A stretch of DNA of 64,000 nt. It comes from an uncultured Actinomycetes bacterium (GTDB taxonomy: Bacteria; Actinomycetota; Thermoleophilia; RBG-16-64-13). The notes beneath the pieces are model-generated. The model made no database searches and was not told the origin of the DNA. It saw only the letters and a program-made list of their open reading frames with translations. Shown piece after piece: positions 1-12,254 of the stretch (the stretch's first letter is position 1; every line of letters starts with the position of its first letter). The stretch spans positions 200,926-264,925 of the forward strand of contig CAWASM010000001.1 in NCBI GenBank assembly GCA_963784835.1, read 5' to 3'. Both the position numbers and the translations under genes were made by a program.

Positions 1-507
1 CACCCGTTTGCCCAGGATCTCGTTGATGGTCTTGCCGCGTTGCCGGGCGATGTCCTCGGGCCGGCGCAGGGCGCGAAGCCCCTGCTCCGCCGCCCGCACC
101 ATGTTGATGGGGTTGGTCGTACCCAGGCTCTTGGTGAGCATGTCTCGGACCCCACCCAGTTCTAGTAACGCCCGTACGCCGCCGCCGGCGATGACGCCCG
201 TACCGGCGGAGGCCGGCCGCATCACGACTCGGCCCGCGCCGAAATGGCCCAAGACCTCATGAGTGATGGTGGTGCCGTGTTTGGGCACCACGAAGAGGTT
301 CTTGCGTGCGTCCTCGATGGCCTTCTGGATGGCCAGCGGAACCTCTTTGGCCTTGCCGTAGCCTACTCCTACTGTGCTATCGCCGTCGCCTACCGCCACG
401 AGAGCGGTGAACGAGAAGCGCCGGCCGCCTTTGACCACTTTCGCGACGCGGTTGATATGGATCACGCTCTCCTGAAGGTTGAGCGAATCTGCCTTGATCT
501 GCGCCAA
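1..507 (-). CDS. rpsE: 30S ribosomal protein S5 (3' end runs off the window)
   Basis: Hand translation from TTG at 507 with GAGGAGG upstream: [42 protein letters not shown]...; follows rplR as in the spc operon. Absent from the ORF track because it is open at the window edge. Confidence 0.9.
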   Translation of the reverse strand, partial: MAQIKADSLNLQESVIHINRVAKVVKGGRRFSFTALVAVGDGDSTVGVGYGKAKEVPLAIQKAIEDARKNLFVVPKHGTTITHEVLGHFGAGRVVMRPASAGTGVIAGGGVRALLELGGVRDMLTKSLGTTNPINMVRAAEQGLRALRRPEDIARQRGKTINEILGKRV

Positions 508-525
508 AGTGCTACCTCCTCTCCC

Positions 526-882
526 TCAGAAATCCAGGCCGCCCTGGCGGGCACCGTCCGCCAGAGCCTTGACTCGACCGTGGTACAGATACGGTCCCCT
601 GTCGAAAACCACTTTCTCGATTCCCGCAGCCTTGGCCGCTTGAGCCAGAAGCTCACCTACCTTGGTTGCCTGGTCTTTCTTGGGCAGGCCCTTCTCGGTC
701 ACCTGGATGCTGCTGGCGCTGGCCAGAGTATGCCCTTTGCCGTCGTCGATGACCTGTGCCCAGATGGCCCGGTTGGACCGAAAGACCGAAAGACGGGGAC
801 GTTCGGCCGTGCCGCGCACCTTGCTGCGCACGCGCACGGCGCGCCGCGCCCGCGTCGCATTGGCTGTATGTTGAGTACTCAT
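526..882 (-). CDS. rplR: 50S ribosomal protein L18
   Basis: 118-aa ORF ending ...[25 protein letters not shown]; spc operon position. Confidence 0.95.
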   Translation of the reverse strand: MSTQHTANATRARRAVRVRSKVRGTAERPRLSVFRSNRAIWAQVIDDGKGHTLASASSIQVTEKGLPKKDQATKVGELLAQAAKAAGIEKVVFDRGPYLYHGRVKALADGARQGGLDF

Positions 883-897
883 TCTATCCTCTTCCCA

Positions 898-1431
898 CTA
901 CGCCCGCTTGCCGACTTTGCGCCGCACCACTTCGCCTTCATAGCGGATGCCCTTGCCCTTGTAGGGCTCAGGTTTGCGGATGGAGCGGATCTCGGCGGCG
1001 ACTTGACCGACTCGTTGCTTGTCGATGCCCCTGACCACGATCTGAGTGGGCACAGGCACGTCGAACTCGATGTTCTCCGGCGGCTCCACGACCACCGGGT
1101 GAGAGTAGCCGACAAGGATCTCCAGGTCGGCTCCCTTCTTGGAAGCCCTGTAGCCCACGCCCTGGATCTCGAGCTTCTTCTGGAAGCCAGTGGTCACCCC
1201 GGTGACCATGTTGGAAAGCAGAGTGCGGGTGAGGCCATGCAGCGACCGGTTGGGCGCCGAGTCGTTCGGCCGAGTGACCGTCATGACGCCGTTGTCCAGG
1301 GCCACGCTCATGCTCGGGTGAACGTCGAGCGACAACTGGCCTTTGGGGCCTTTGACGGCGACGTTGTTCCCGGCGATCGTGACGTCCACGCCGCTCGGGA
1401 TAGTTATGGGTGCTCTTCCTATTCTTGACAT
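898..1431 (-). CDS. rplF: 50S ribosomal protein L6
   Basis: ORF 898..1470. Likely start is the internal ATG at 1431 ([17 protein letters not shown]...), just after the rpsH stop. Confidence 0.9.
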   Translation of the reverse strand: MSRIGRAPITIPSGVDVTIAGNNVAVKGPKGQLSLDVHPSMSVALDNGVMTVTRPNDSAPNRSLHGLTRTLLSNMVTGVTTGFQKKLEIQGVGYRASKKGADLEILVGYSHPVVVEPPENIEFDVPVPTQIVVRGIDKQRVGQVAAEIRSIRKPEPYKGKGIRYEGEVVRRKVGKRA

Positions 1432-1435
1432 ATCA

Positions 1436-1834
1436 TTACCACACGAAACAGATGACTTCGCCGCCAACACCCAGCCGCTGAGCCTCCCGAGCCGTCATCA
1501 GACCACGCGAGGTGGAGATGACGGCCGTGCCCAGGCCCCCGAGGACCTTGGGGAGGTTGTCTTTCTTGGCATAGATGCGGCGACCCGGCTTGCTGACCCT
1601 CTTCACCTGCGCGATAACGCGGCGACGGCCGTCAGTGTACTTGAGCTCGATCACCAGCTTGTCGAAGCTGCCTTCTTTGACCACCGAGTAGCCGGCGATA
1701 TAGCCCTCATCATTGAGAACGCGGGCCAACTCCACCTTCTGCGACGAGGCCGGCATCTCGACCTGGGCATGGAGCGCCTTGTTGGCGTTGCGCACCCGGG
1801 TCAGCATGTCGGCGATGGGATCGGTGTGCGACAT
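1436..1834 (-). CDS. rpsH: 30S ribosomal protein S8
   Basis: 132-aa [21 protein letters not shown]...; operon position. Confidence 0.95.
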   Translation of the reverse strand: MSHTDPIADMLTRVRNANKALHAQVEMPASSQKVELARVLNDEGYIAGYSVVKEGSFDKLVIELKYTDGRRRVIAQVKRVSKPGRRIYAKKDNLPKVLGGLGTAVISTSRGLMTAREAQRLGVGGEVICFVW

Positions 1835-1842
1835 GACCCCTC

Positions 1843-2028
1843 CTACCAGCTCGACTTGGTGACGCCAGGGATGACTCCCTGGTGGGCCAGCTCACGAAGA
1901 CAGATGCGGCACAGACCGAAGCGGCGGAGGTACCCGCGCGGCCGTCCGCACCGAAGGCAGCGGTTGTGGGCGCGGACGGCGAATTTCTGCGGGCGCCGCG
2001 CCTTCGCGATCATAGATTTCTTTGCCAT
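1843..2028 (-). CDS. rpsZ: 30S ribosomal protein S14, short zinc-binding type Z
   Basis: 61 aa with [10 protein letters not shown]...CRIC (CxxC..CxxC). Confidence 0.95.
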   Translation of the reverse strand: MAKKSMIAKARRPQKFAVRAHNRCLRCGRPRGYLRRFGLCRICLRELAHQGVIPGVTKSSW

Positions 2029-2047
2029 GCGCTGATGCTCCTATCCT

Positions 2048-2598
2048 TCAGCTCTCGCGGAAAGGCATGCCCATCAGCTTGAGCAACGCCCGTCCTTCGT
2101 CGTCCGTCTTGGCCGTGGTGGTGATGGCGATGTCGAGACCCCGCGTGCGATCGATCTTGTCGTAGTCGATCTCGGGGAAGATGATCTGCTCCTTCACGCC
2201 CAGATTGTAGTTGCCCCGGCCATCGAAGCTGCCGGGGGCTACACCGCGAAAGTCGCGGATGCGGGGCAGAGCGATGCTCATCAGCCGGTCCAGCATCTCG
2301 TACATGCGGTCGCCGCGCAGCGTGACCCGCAGGCCGACAGGCATGCCGGCGCGCAACTTGAAGTTGGCCACCGACTTGCGTCGCCCGCCGTACCTGGGCC
2401 TTCTGACCGGTGATCTGGCCCATCTGCACCGCGGCTTCTTCCATGCGCCTTCGCATCATGCGTGCCTTCGCCGATGCCCATGTTGAGGGTCACCTTGGTG
2501 ACCTTCGGCACCTCCATGACGTTCGCGTAGCCAAACTGCTCACGCATGGCCGGCACGATGTCAGTGCGGTACCTCTCTTTAAGTCTTGGAACTGCCAT
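2048..2598 (-). CDS. rplE: 50S ribosomal protein L5 (two apparent 1-nt frame breaks)
   Basis: N-terminus in ORF 2281..2598 up to NMGIGEG. The middle part ([19 protein letters not shown]) is in the frame of ORF 2010..2459. C-terminus ([24 protein letters not shown]...) is in ORF 2048..2371. Confidence 0.9.
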
Positions 2599-2600
2599 CG

Positions 2601-2946
2601 CTAACCCTTATCAACCTGGACATTGCATTTCTTGCAGTAGCGGACCTTCTCGTCGCCCTGCATCCGCACGCCCACCCGCACCGCCTGGCTGCAGCTGGGG
2701 CAGACCAGCTTCACGTTGCTGATGTGCATGCTGGCTTCGCGCTCGATGACCCCGCCCTGGGGCATCTTCTTCGACGGCCGCACGTGCCGCTTGATGAAGT
2801 TCACGCGCTCCACCACGATCCGCTCTTCGCTCGCGAGCACACGCAGGACCTTCCCGCGCTTGCCGTTCTCTTTGCCCTGCGATCACCTCCACGGTGTCGC
2901 CCTTCTTGACACGGAACTTCTTGCCGCGTTTGCCGGTTTCTGCCAT
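2601..2946 (-). CDS. rplX: 50S ribosomal protein L24 (one frame break at a G run); C-terminal CxxC..CxxC
   Basis: [24 protein letters not shown] in ORF 2611..2946, then [30 protein letters not shown]...VCPSCS...[12 protein letters not shown] in ORF 2601..2840. Confidence 0.9.
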
Positions 2947-3314
2947 CAGAGCACCTCCGGGGCCAGCGAGATGATCTTCGCGAAGTTCTTCTCTCGCAAC
3001 TCTCGACCCACCGGGCCGAATATGCGGGTGCCTCGTGGGTTCATCTGCCGGTCGATCAGCACGGCGGCGTTCTCGTCGAAGCCGATGTAGGTGCCATCAC
3101 GGCGTCCATACGACTTCTTCACCCGTACCACCACAGCTTGGACCACGTCGCCCTTCTTGACAGCGCCGCCCGGAGTCGCCTCCTTGACCGCACCGACAAT
3201 GATGTCGCCCACTCCAGCGTAGCGACGCTGCGACCCACCCTTGATGCGGATGCATAGCAGCTCCCGCGCGCCGGTGTTGTCGGCGACCCTCAGTCTTGTC
3301 TCCACTTGAATCAT
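2946..3314 (-). CDS. rplN: 50S ribosomal protein L14
   Basis: 122-aa [30 protein letters not shown]... Confidence 0.95.
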   Translation of the reverse strand: MIQVETRLRVADNTGARELLCIRIKGGSQRRYAGVGDIIVGAVKEATPGGAVKKGDVVQAVVVRVKKSYGRRDGTYIGFDENAAVLIDRQMNPRGTRIFGPVGRELREKNFAKIISLAPEVL

Positions 3315-3342
3315 CGTGCTTCACCCATCCCCAGCCGCCGCG

Positions 3343-3605
3343 CTACTCGGCGCGCTCTAGCACCTTGATAAGGCGCCAGGTCTTGTCCCGGGACAGCGGA
3401 CGGCACTCGCGCACAAGCACCGTGTCGCCCACTCGGGCCTCGTTCTCCTCGTCATGAGCCTTCAAACGGTCAGTCGTACGGATGACCTTCTCGTACTGGG
3501 CGTGCGGCTTGACCGCGCTGACCTGGACCACGACGGTCTTGTCCATCGCGTCCGAGACGACCACGCCCTGCCGTTCCCGTTGTTTTGTGGTCTTGTCTCT
3601 GCCAT
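3343..3605 (-). CDS. rpsQ: 30S ribosomal protein S17 (frame break near the 5' end)
   Basis: Body VVVSDAMDKTVVVQVSAVKPH... is in ORF 3343..3564. The only start is the ATG at 3605, which overlaps the rpmC TGA, and it lies in another frame. An AAAA run sits between the two. Confidence 0.85.
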
Positions 3606-3794
3606 CAAAGCTCCCTCGCCCGTTCTCTCACGGATTGCATCGTCATGATCCTGGCGATGTCCTGGCGCACCTGGTGGAGCCGGCTGGTGTTCTCCAACTG
3701 GCCGGCCGCATGCTGGAAGCGAAGGTTGAAGAGCTCCTCGCGCGACTGCTTGAGGCGTTGCGCCAACTCTTCGTCAGCGAGTTCGACAATATCC

Positions 3795-3814
<20 letters not shown>
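3605..3814 (-). CDS. rpmC: 50S ribosomal protein L29
   Basis: 69-aa ORF; operon position between rplP and rpsQ. Confidence 0.9.
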
Positions 3815-4221
<407 letters not shown>

Positions 4222-4282
4222 GTCTTATCCTCGTTTCCGAGGCCTCTCAGTCCACGGCCGGGCGTCTCAAGTGGTGCCGGCG

Positions 4283-4957
4283 TCACCCTACGCGGGTCTC
4301 TGCCTGCCCACGGGACCCCAAGTCGAAGCCCTCGGGCATGATCTCACCCTTGTTTATCCACACTTTGACGCCGATCTTGCCAAACGTCGTGTTGGCTTCG
4401 CAGAAGCCGTAGTCGATGTCGGCCCGCAGAGTGTGCAGGGGCACCCGGCCCTCGCTGTAACCCTCGGTGCGCGCCATCTCGGCCCCGCCCAGACGTCCGC
4501 CGGACCTCACCTTGATACCCTGGGCGCCGGAGCGCATGGCCGAGGTGATGGCCCGTTTCATCGCCCGCCGGAAACTCACGCGGTTGGCGAGTTGCTCGGC
4601 GATAGACTGCGCGACCAGGTTGGCGTCGAGTTCTGGCCTCTTGATCTCGAGGATGTTCACGTGGACCGCCTTGCCGGTCATGTCGTGCAGATCACGCCGT
4701 AGCGCGTCCACCTCCGAACCCGACTTGCCGATCACGATGCCCGGCCGGGCCGTGTGGATGTCGATGACCAGCTTGTTCGTGTCCTTGCGGATGATGATCG
4801 CCGAAAGTCCCGCATGCCCCATCTTCCGCTGGATATGCCTACGGATGGCCATGTCCTCTTGCAAGGAGGCGGCGAAGTGCTTCTCGGTGTACCAGTGAGC
4901 CTTCCAGTCATGGATGATACCGAGCCGCATGCCTCCGGGATGAACTTTCTGACCCAT
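4283..4957 (-). CDS. rpsC: 30S ribosomal protein S3
   Basis: 224-aa intact [26 protein letters not shown]... Confidence 0.95.
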   Translation of the reverse strand: MGQKVHPGGMRLGIIHDWKAHWYTEKHFAASLQEDMAIRRHIQRKMGHAGLSAIIIRKDTNKLVIDIHTARPGIVIGKSGSEVDALRRDLHDMTGKAVHVNILEIKRPELDANLVAQSIAEQLANRVSFRRAMKRAITSAMRSGAQGIKVRSGGRLGGAEMARTEGYSEGRVPLHTLRADIDYGFCEANTTFGKIGVKVWINKGEIMPEGFDLGSRGQAETRVG

Positions 4958-4960
4958 CTG

Positions 4961-5309
4961 CTACGACTCCTTCTTCTCGTCTACGGACACGGTGATGTGA
5001 CTCGTCCGCTTGCTTGATGCGGCTGGCCCGCCCCATCGCCCGCGGCTTGAACCGCTTGAAAGTGGGACCACCGTCCACGTATGCCCGGACCACATAGAGG
5101 TCGTCGGCGTCGAGGTCGTTGTTGTTCTCGGCATTGGCCACTGCGGAATCGAGGACCTTGCCCACCAGCTTGGCCGCGGCCCGCGGACTCAGCATAAGGA
5201 TGGCCTTGGCCTCGGATACCTTCTTGCCGCGGATCAACTGAGCCACGTCACCGGCTTTTCGCGGGGAGACCCGCACATATTTGGCTGTAGCGTTGACCAC
5301 GTCCGTCAC
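4961..5309 (-). CDS. rplV: 50S ribosomal protein L22 (frame break near 5010)
   Basis: ORF 4908..5309 is correct up to ...GRASRIK. The shifted frame gives [15 protein letters not shown] and a TAG at 4961-4963, just before the rpsC ATG. Confidence 0.9.
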
Positions 5310-5590
5310 TTCCTCTTCATACGGCGCTCTTTGTTGCCGCCGTGACCGCGGAACGTGCGCGTTAGAGCGAACTCGCCCAGCCGATGGCCTACCATGCTCT
5401 CCGTCACATAGATGGGCACATGCTTGCGCCCGTCGTGCACCGCGATGGTATGACCGATCATCTCAGGGTAGATGGTGGAAGCCCTGGACCAGGTCTTCAG
5501 CATGCGCTTCTCGCCGGTCTCGTTCATGGTCTCGACCCGCTGCATCAGCCTCTCTTCGACGAAGGGAGCTTTTTTGCTTGAACGTGTCAC
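5306..5590 (-). CDS. rpsS: 30S ribosomal protein S19
   Basis: 94-aa intact ORF ...[29 protein letters not shown]... Confidence 0.95.
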   Translation of the reverse strand: MTRSSKKAPFVEERLMQRVETMNETGEKRMLKTWSRASTIYPEMIGHTIAVHDGRKHVPIYVTESMVGHRLGEFALTRTFRGHGGNKERRMKRK

Positions 5591-5599
5591 GTTGCTCTA

Positions 5600-6433
5600 T
5601 TACCTCCCTTTTCCCGCGTCGCCTGACGATGTACTTGGACGAAGGCTTCTTGGCATGACGAGTCTTGTGACCCAAGGTGGGGACGCCCCAAGGTGTCACC
5701 GGGTTGCGACCCGGAGGCGTGGAACCCTCGCCGCCACCGTGCGGGTGATCGACCGGGTTCATGGTGGTGCCGCGCACTCCAGGGCGCACGCCCATCCAGC
5801 GCTTGCGCCCGGCCTTGCCGGTCACCAGGTTCTCGTGCTCAGCGTTGCCGATCTCGCCGATGGTCGCCCTGCACTCCAGGCGGATCATGCGCATCTCGCC
5901 CGAGGGCAGACGGAGGATGGCGTAGTCGCCCTCCTTGGCCATCACCTGGGCCGAGCATCCGGCCGAACGGGCGATCTGCCCGCCGCGGCCCTTGTACATC
6001 TCGATGTTGTGCACCACGGTACCAACCGGGATGTTCTTAGCGGAAGGGCGCAGCCCACCCTGATATCGGCGCCCGGGCCGGCTTCGACCATGGCGCCCAC
6101 GCCCAGCTTGTTGGGAGCCAGGATGTAGCGCTTCTCGCCGTCGGCATACACGACCAGCGCGATGCGGCTATTGCGGTTGGGGTCGTACTCGATGGAGTCG
6201 ATCCTTCCCGGCACGCCGTCCTTGTCGCGCTTGAAGTCGATGATCCGGTAGAGACGCTTGTGGCCCCCACCCTGGTGCCGGGTCGTGATGCGGCCGTAGT
6301 TATTACGACCGCCCTTGCGCTTCGCCGGTTTGGTGAGCGACTTCTCCGGCTCGCTCTTAGTGATCTCTTCGAAGGCAGGGGTAGTCGCGAACCTGCGTCC
6401 GGGAGATGTCGGCTTGTAGCTCTTGATTGCCAT
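5600..6433 (-). CDS. rplB: 50S ribosomal protein L2 (two frame breaks: about 6020 and at an AAAA run near 5610)
   Basis: N-terminus in ORF 5942..6433, C-terminus ([20 protein letters not shown]...HPHGGGEG...KYIVRRRGK) in ORF 5463..6017. That ORF overruns into rpsS; removing one A restores the stop TAA at 5600-5602. Confidence 0.9.
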
Positions 6434-6451
6434 GTCTCTCTTACCGCTCTT

Positions 6452-6736
6452 CTATGTCGCGCCGAAGAACTCGATCCGGTTGCCCGGAGCAAGCTCGACC
6501 ACAGCCTTCTTCCACCGCTTGGTCATGCCCTCGTGGGCGCCCCTGCGCTTGGGTTTCGGCTTCACGTTTATGGTCTGCACACCGATGACCTTGACATTGA
6601 ATATCTCTTCAATGGCGGACTTGATGTGCGGCTTGGTAGCCCGATAGTTCACTTCGAACGAATACCGGTTCTGGTCGATAGCCCGGTAGCTCTTCTCAGA
6701 GATGATAGGGCGGATGATGATCTCACGCGCGTCCAT
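6452..6736 (-). CDS. rplW: 50S ribosomal protein L23
   Basis: 94-aa intact ORF; S10 operon position. Confidence 0.9.
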   Translation of the reverse strand: MDAREIIIRPIISEKSYRAIDQNRYSFEVNYRATKPHIKSAIEEIFNVKVIGVQTINVKPKPKRRGAHEGMTKRWKKAVVELAPGNRIEFFGAT

Positions 6737-7375
6737 CAGACCTCACCGCCTTGGCTAACGCCACTTTCGAGGAAGGAGACAGCCGCTTCGGTGAACAGCA
6801 GGCTCTTGGCCCACACGTAGTCCTGCACTTCAGCCTCACCCACGGTCATCGCTCGAGTGCCGTCCAGGTTGCGGAAGCTCTTGAGGGCCGAGATCTCCTC
6901 GGCGCCCACTAGGACCAGGAGCGGCTTCTCGATCTCGGCCTTGCTCAGGAGCGTGGCCGCCAGCTTGGCCGACGGCTCGGCGAACTCAGCGCCACTCAGC
7001 ACGCGGACCGTGCCGCCCGACACCAGATCGCCCAAGGCCATGCGGAACGCCTGCGACTCTTACCTTCTTGTTGACCTTCATGGCATAGCTGCGGGGGATG
7101 GGCGGGAAGGCCACGCCTCCTCCGGTGAACTGGGACACCTTACCGGAGCCCACGCGAGCCCGGCCGGTGCCCTTCTGCTTCCACTGCTTGGCGGTGGTGC
7201 CGGCCACTTCGCCTCCGGTCTTGGCCGAGGCAGTGCCCTGGCGATGTCCGGCCAGCTCGGCCGTCACCACATGGTGGAGCAGCCCGATGTTGATCCGGTC
7301 CTGCACCAGCGCGTCGGCCAACTCGTACTGGCCGACCACGGCGCCTTTGTCGTCGATCTTTTCGATGGATGGCAT
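6736..7375 (-). CDS. rplD: 50S ribosomal protein L4 (frame break near 7045)
   Basis: N-terminus in ORF 6986..7375 (...KQKGTGRARVGS...), C-terminus in ORF 6736..7041. Confidence 0.9.
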
Positions 7376-7379
7376 ACGC

Positions 7380-7990
7380 TTAACCTTTGATCACGACCAG
7401 GGAACCTTTGCTCCCCGGGATCGCGCCTTTGACCATTACCAGGTTCTTGTCGGGGTCGGTCTGACCACGGTGAGACCCGTCTGCGTGACCCTTACGTTGC
7501 CCATCTGCCCCGGGAGCTTGGTGCCCGGGTACACCCGGGACGGATCCGCCGACGAGCCGATGGAACCGGGAGCGCGGTGGAAGTGGGCGCCATGGTAGCC
7601 GGGACCACCCGCGAAACCATGGCGCTTGATCACGCCCTGGAAGCCCTTGCCCTTGCTGACGCCGGTCACCTTGACCTCGTCGCCGGGGGAAAAGACCTCT
7701 ACCGTCACGGCTTCGCCGACCGTCAGCTCATCCTCGCCCCGCACCTCGACCAGGTGGCGTTTGGGCGCCACGCCGGACTTCTTGAGATGTCCGAGCAGAG
7801 GCTTGTTCAGCCGTTTCGCCTTGACATCGCCGAACGCGATCTGCGTGGCGGCGTAGCCGTCGGTCTCCACCGTCTTCTTCTGGGTGACCAGGCAAGGCCC
7901 GGCCTCGATGACAGTGCAACGGACGACCGTGCCGTCTTCGTTGAAGTACTGGGTCATGCCCAGCTTTGTGCCTAGCAGCGTCTTCATCAC
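7380..7990 (-). CDS. rplC: 50S ribosomal protein L3 (frame break near 7470)
   Basis: ORF 7436..7990 is correct up to [14 protein letters not shown]. The shifted frame ends ...[19 protein letters not shown] with stop at 7380-7382. Confidence 0.9.
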
Positions 7991-8294
7991 AGTTTGATCT
8001 CTATGTCGACGCCCGCGGGGAGGTCCATGCGCATCAGCGAGTCCACCGTCTTGGGGGTGGGCTGATGGATGTCGATCAGACGCTTGTGCGTCCTGATCTC
8101 AAAATGCTCCCTCGAGTCCTTGTCCTTGAAAGGGCTACGGATCACGCAGTAGACGTTCTTCTCCGTCGGCAACGGGACCGGCCCCGAAATGGTGGCGCCG
8201 GTGCGCTCAGCCGTTTCGACGATGCCCGCGCGCTCTTGTCTACAAGCTCGTGGTCGTAGGCTTTGAGCCTAATACGTATCTTCTGTTGCGCCAC
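7987..8294 (-). CDS. rpsJ: 30S ribosomal protein S10 (length 308 nt, apparently one base missing near 8230)
   Basis: GTG at 8294 gives [22 protein letters not shown]. After a shift it reads [42 protein letters not shown] (ORF 7987..8172). Confidence 0.9.
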
Positions 8295-8304
8295 CGAGCA
8301 ACTC

Positions 8305-9511
8305 CTACTTTGCGATCTTGGTCACGGCACCGGCGCCGACTGTACGGCCACCCTCGCGGATGGCGAAACGGAGGCCTTCGTCCATGGCGATGGGGGTGAT
8401 CAGTTTGGCTTTGATGGTGGTGTGGTCACCCGGCATGACCATCTCCACGCCCTCATCCAGCGTGACGTCACCAGTGACGTCCGTGGTCCGGAAGTAGAAC
8501 TGCGGACGGTAGCCGTTGAAGAACGGGGTATGACGCCCACCTTCTTCACGGGACAGAACGTAGATCTGCGCCTCGAACTCGGTATGGGGGGTGATGCTAC
8601 CCGGCTTGGCCAGGACCATGCCGCGCTCCACTTCCTCGCGCTTGGTGCCGCGAAGCAGCACGCCGATGTTGTCGCCCGCGCGCCCCTCATCGAGCAGCTT
8701 GCGGAACATCTCGACGCCGGTGGCGACAGTCTTGGTGGGCTGCGGATGCAGGCCGACCATCTCGACGTTGTCGCCCACCTTGACGATACCGCGCTCCACC
8801 CGGCCGGTGACCACGGTGCCGCGGCCCTGGATGCTGAACACGTCTTCGATCGGCATCAGGAAGGGCTTGTCGATGGCGCGCTCGGGATCGGGGATGTAGT
8901 TGTCGAGAGCATCGGCCAACTCGAAGATGGACCCACACGAGCTCGCATTCCCTATCGCCGCAACCGTGCTCGAGAGCCTTCAGGGCCGAGCCGATGATGA
9001 CAGGGATGTCGTCGCCGGGGAACTCGTACTCGGTGAGCAGTTCGCGGACTTCCATCTCGACCAGCTCGAGCAGCTCGGGGTCGTCCACCATGTCGGCCTT
9101 GTTGAGATACACGATGATGTAGGGCACGCCCACCTGACGGGCGAGCAGGATGTGCTCACGAGTCTGGGGCATAGGGCCGTCGGCAGCCGACACGACCAGC
9201 ACCGCGCCGTCCATCTGAGCGGCACCGGTGATCATGTTCTTGATGTAGTCGGCATGGCCCGGGCAGTCGACGTGGGCATAGTGCCGCTTTTCGGTCTCGT
9301 ACTCGACGTGAGCGGTGGCGATGGTGATACCGCGCTCGCGCTCTTCCGGAGCATTATCGATGGAATCGAAGCTACGGAACTCGATGTCGGGGTTCAAGTT
9401 CGACAGGCACTTCGTGATAGCCGCGGTCAGCGTGGTCTTGCCATGGTCGACGTGACCGATGGTGCCTACGTTGACGTGAGTCTTGGTCCGCGCAAATTTC
9501 TTCTTCGCCAC
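8305..9511 (-). CDS. tuf: elongation factor Tu (frame break near 8925-8945)
   Basis: ORF 8687..9511 has [10 protein letters not shown] and [11 protein letters not shown] 8305..8919 continues with [35 protein letters not shown]... Confidence 0.95.
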
Positions 9512-9588
9512 TTTAGTCCTCCCTTTCTACCTGATTCGCTCAGGCGGCCGCCGCAGCCAGGCAGCCGTATTGCCTTTGTTCGTCGCGT

Positions 9589-11661
9589 CTAGTCGTTTGC
9601 GTTCCTGCCGCCCTGCTGGGCGATTATTTCCTGCGCTATCGCGCTTGGTACCTCTGCGTAGTGGCTGAACTGCATGGTGTACACAGCCCTTCCCTGGGTC
9701 ATCGAGCGCACATCGGTGGCATAGCCGAACATCTGCGCAAGAGGCACCGCTGCCCGGATGACCTGCGCCCCCGCCCTGAGCTCCATGCCCATGATATGAC
9801 CGCGACGGGAATTGAGGTCACCCATCACGTCGCCCATATATTCTTCGGGCACCACCACTTCCACGTCTTCCATCGGCTCGAGCAGCACCGGGTGCGCCTT
9901 CTTGGCCGCCTCTTTGAAGGCCATCGAACCGGCTATCTTGAAGGCCATCTCCGAAGAGTCGACCTCGTGGATACGTGCCGTCGATCAACTCGACCTTGAC
10001 GTCCTCCATGGGGAAGCCCGCCAGCACGCCGGTCTCCATGGCTTCGACCATACCGGCCTGCACCGCGGGGACGTATTCCTTGGGCACGGCGCCCCCCACG
10101 ATCTTGTTATCGAACGTAAAGCCGGTGCCATACTCGTTGGGCTCCATCTTGATGACCACGTGGCCGTACTGACCGCGGCCACCGGTCTGCCGCACGAACC
10201 GAGCCTCAGCCTTGGGCACGGCCTTAGTGATGCCCTCACGATAGGCGACCTGCGGCCGCCCGACGTTGGCATCGACTTTGAACTCCCGCAGCAGGCGGTC
10301 GACGATGATCTCCAGGTGCAGCTCGCCCATGCCGGCGATGATAGTCTGGCCCGTCTCCTCGTCGGTGCGCACCCGGAAGGTCGGGTCTTCCTCCGCCAGC
10401 TTCATGAGGCTGTCGGAGAGGCGGTCTTGATCAGCCTTGGTCTTGGGCTCGATGGCCACCCAAATGACCGGCTCGGGGAACTCGATGGACTCCAGCAGGA
10501 TGGGCTTCTCCGCGTCGCAGAGAGTGTCGCCGGTAGTGGTGCCCTTCAGTCCTACCGCCGCCGCGATATCGCCTGCGACGACCTGCGGTGATGTCCTCAC
10601 GATGGTTGGCGTGCATCTGTAGGATGCGGCCGATCCGCTCCTTCTTCTGCTTGCTCGAGTTGTAGACGTACGAACCCGCCTTGAGCGTGCCCGAGTACAC
10701 CCGGAAGTACGTGAGCTTGCCCACGAAGGGGTCGGACATGATCTTAAAGGCGATGGCCGAGAAGGGCTCGTCGTCGTCGGCCCGCCGCGGAGGGGCTCGC
10801 CGTTGTGCGGGTTGGCGCCCTCTACCGGCGGGACGTCCACCGGTGAGGGAAGGTAATCGACCACGGCGTCGAGAAGCATCTGGACGCCCTTGTTCTTGAA
10901 CGACAGAACCGCAGAGGACCGGGATCAGCGCGATGTCAAGCGTGGCCTTCCGGATGGCGGCCTTCAGACGTTCCTCCGTGATCTTGCCGCCCTCGAGATA
11001 GTCCATCATCAGTTCATCGTCGCGCTCGGCCAGCGTCTCGATCATCTGAGTGTGCTCCGCCTGCGGCGCGGTCGACCATGTCCTCGGGGATGGGGCTCTC
11101 ATCCCATTCCACACCCATCTCGTCCTCGTAGATGTAGCGCCACCATGCGCACCAGGTCGACGATGCCGCGGAAGCTGTCTTCCCGCCCAACCGGCAGCTG
11201 AATAACCAGCGGATGCGCATGCAATCGGTCGATCATCATCTGCACGCCCTGCTTGAAGTCGGCGCCTACCCGGTCCATCTTGTTGATGAAAGCGATGCGC
11301 GGACCTGGTACTTATCGGCCTGCCGCCAGACCGTCTCCGACTGGGGCTCGACCCCCGATACCGAGCAGAACAGGGCGATGGCCCCATCGAGAACTCGAAG
11401 CGAGCGCTCCACTTCCATCGTGAAGTCCACGTGCCCGGGTGTGTCTATGATATTGATACGATGATCGCGCCACTCGCAGGTGGTAGCCGCCGACGTGATG
11501 GTGATACCCCGCTCTTGCTCCTGAGCCATCCAGTCCATCACAGCGGCGCCGTCGTGCACCTCACCGATCTTGTACGTACGCCCCGTGTAGTACAGCATGC
11601 GTTCGGTGGTGGTCGTCTTGCCGGCATCGATATGAGCCATGATGCCTATGTTCCGGACCAT
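9589..11661 (-). CDS. fusA: elongation factor G (at least three frame breaks; true start may lie upstream, e.g. TTG 11723)
   Basis: Four overlapping ORF pieces (11266..11661, 10431..11387, 9818..10879, 9589..9948) carry [20 protein letters not shown] and the domain IV/V motifs. The upstream frame reads ...GIPLA just before [10 protein letters not shown]. Confidence 0.9.
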
Positions 11662-11761
11662 CGCCAGCGGATGCCGCGAGCGCCGCCTTTGCGTCGGATC
11701 TTATTTGCCGTTGCTTGTGCCAAGTCTGACTTTCCTAAACTCGCGCTATGCTGCGCGTCAG

Positions 11762-12233
11762 TTACCAGCGGTAGTGGGCAAAAGCCTTGTTGGCTTCGGC
11801 CATCCGCAGGAGGTCTTCTTTCTTCTTCATGGTGACGCCGCTACGGTTGAAACCGTCGAGCAATTCGCCGGCCAGCCGTTCGGCCATGCTGTGTTCGCGC
11901 CGCGCGCGGCTGTGGGTGACTATCCAGCGGACGGCAAGCGTGTACGAGCGCCGGGTGGGAACCTCCACCGGCACCTGGTAGTTGGCGCCTCCGACCCGGC
12001 GGGACCGCACTTCCAGAGCCGGCCGTACATTCTCCACTGCTTCCTTCAGTACGCCGGCAGGATCGTTGCCGGTGCGCTCGCGAAGCAGAGTTCATCGCGT
12101 CGTAGATGATGTGCTCGGCGGTGGACTTCTTGCCGTCGAGCATCATACGATTGACCATCTGGGTGACCAGACGGCTTCGATAGATGGGGTCGGGTTGAAT
12201 GTCCCGCTTAGCTGCTCTTGCTCTTCTTGCCAT
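11762..12233 (-). CDS. rpsG: 30S ribosomal protein S7 (frame break near 12040-12090)
   Basis: N-terminus in ORF 11841..12233 ([46 protein letters not shown]). C-terminus in ORF 11762..12037 (...[11 protein letters not shown]...AHYRW). Confidence 0.9.
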
Positions 12234-12254
12234 GGTGCTTCGCCTTCCTGTAGC

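Noticed and set aside
244-1428. 394-aa plus-strand ORF, and similar ones at 8263..8997, 8900..9592, 9812..10591, 13121..14089, 14465..15358 and 18915..20855
   Set aside because: All are antisense to unmistakable ribosomal, EF or RNAP genes and have no motifs. They are shadow ORFs.
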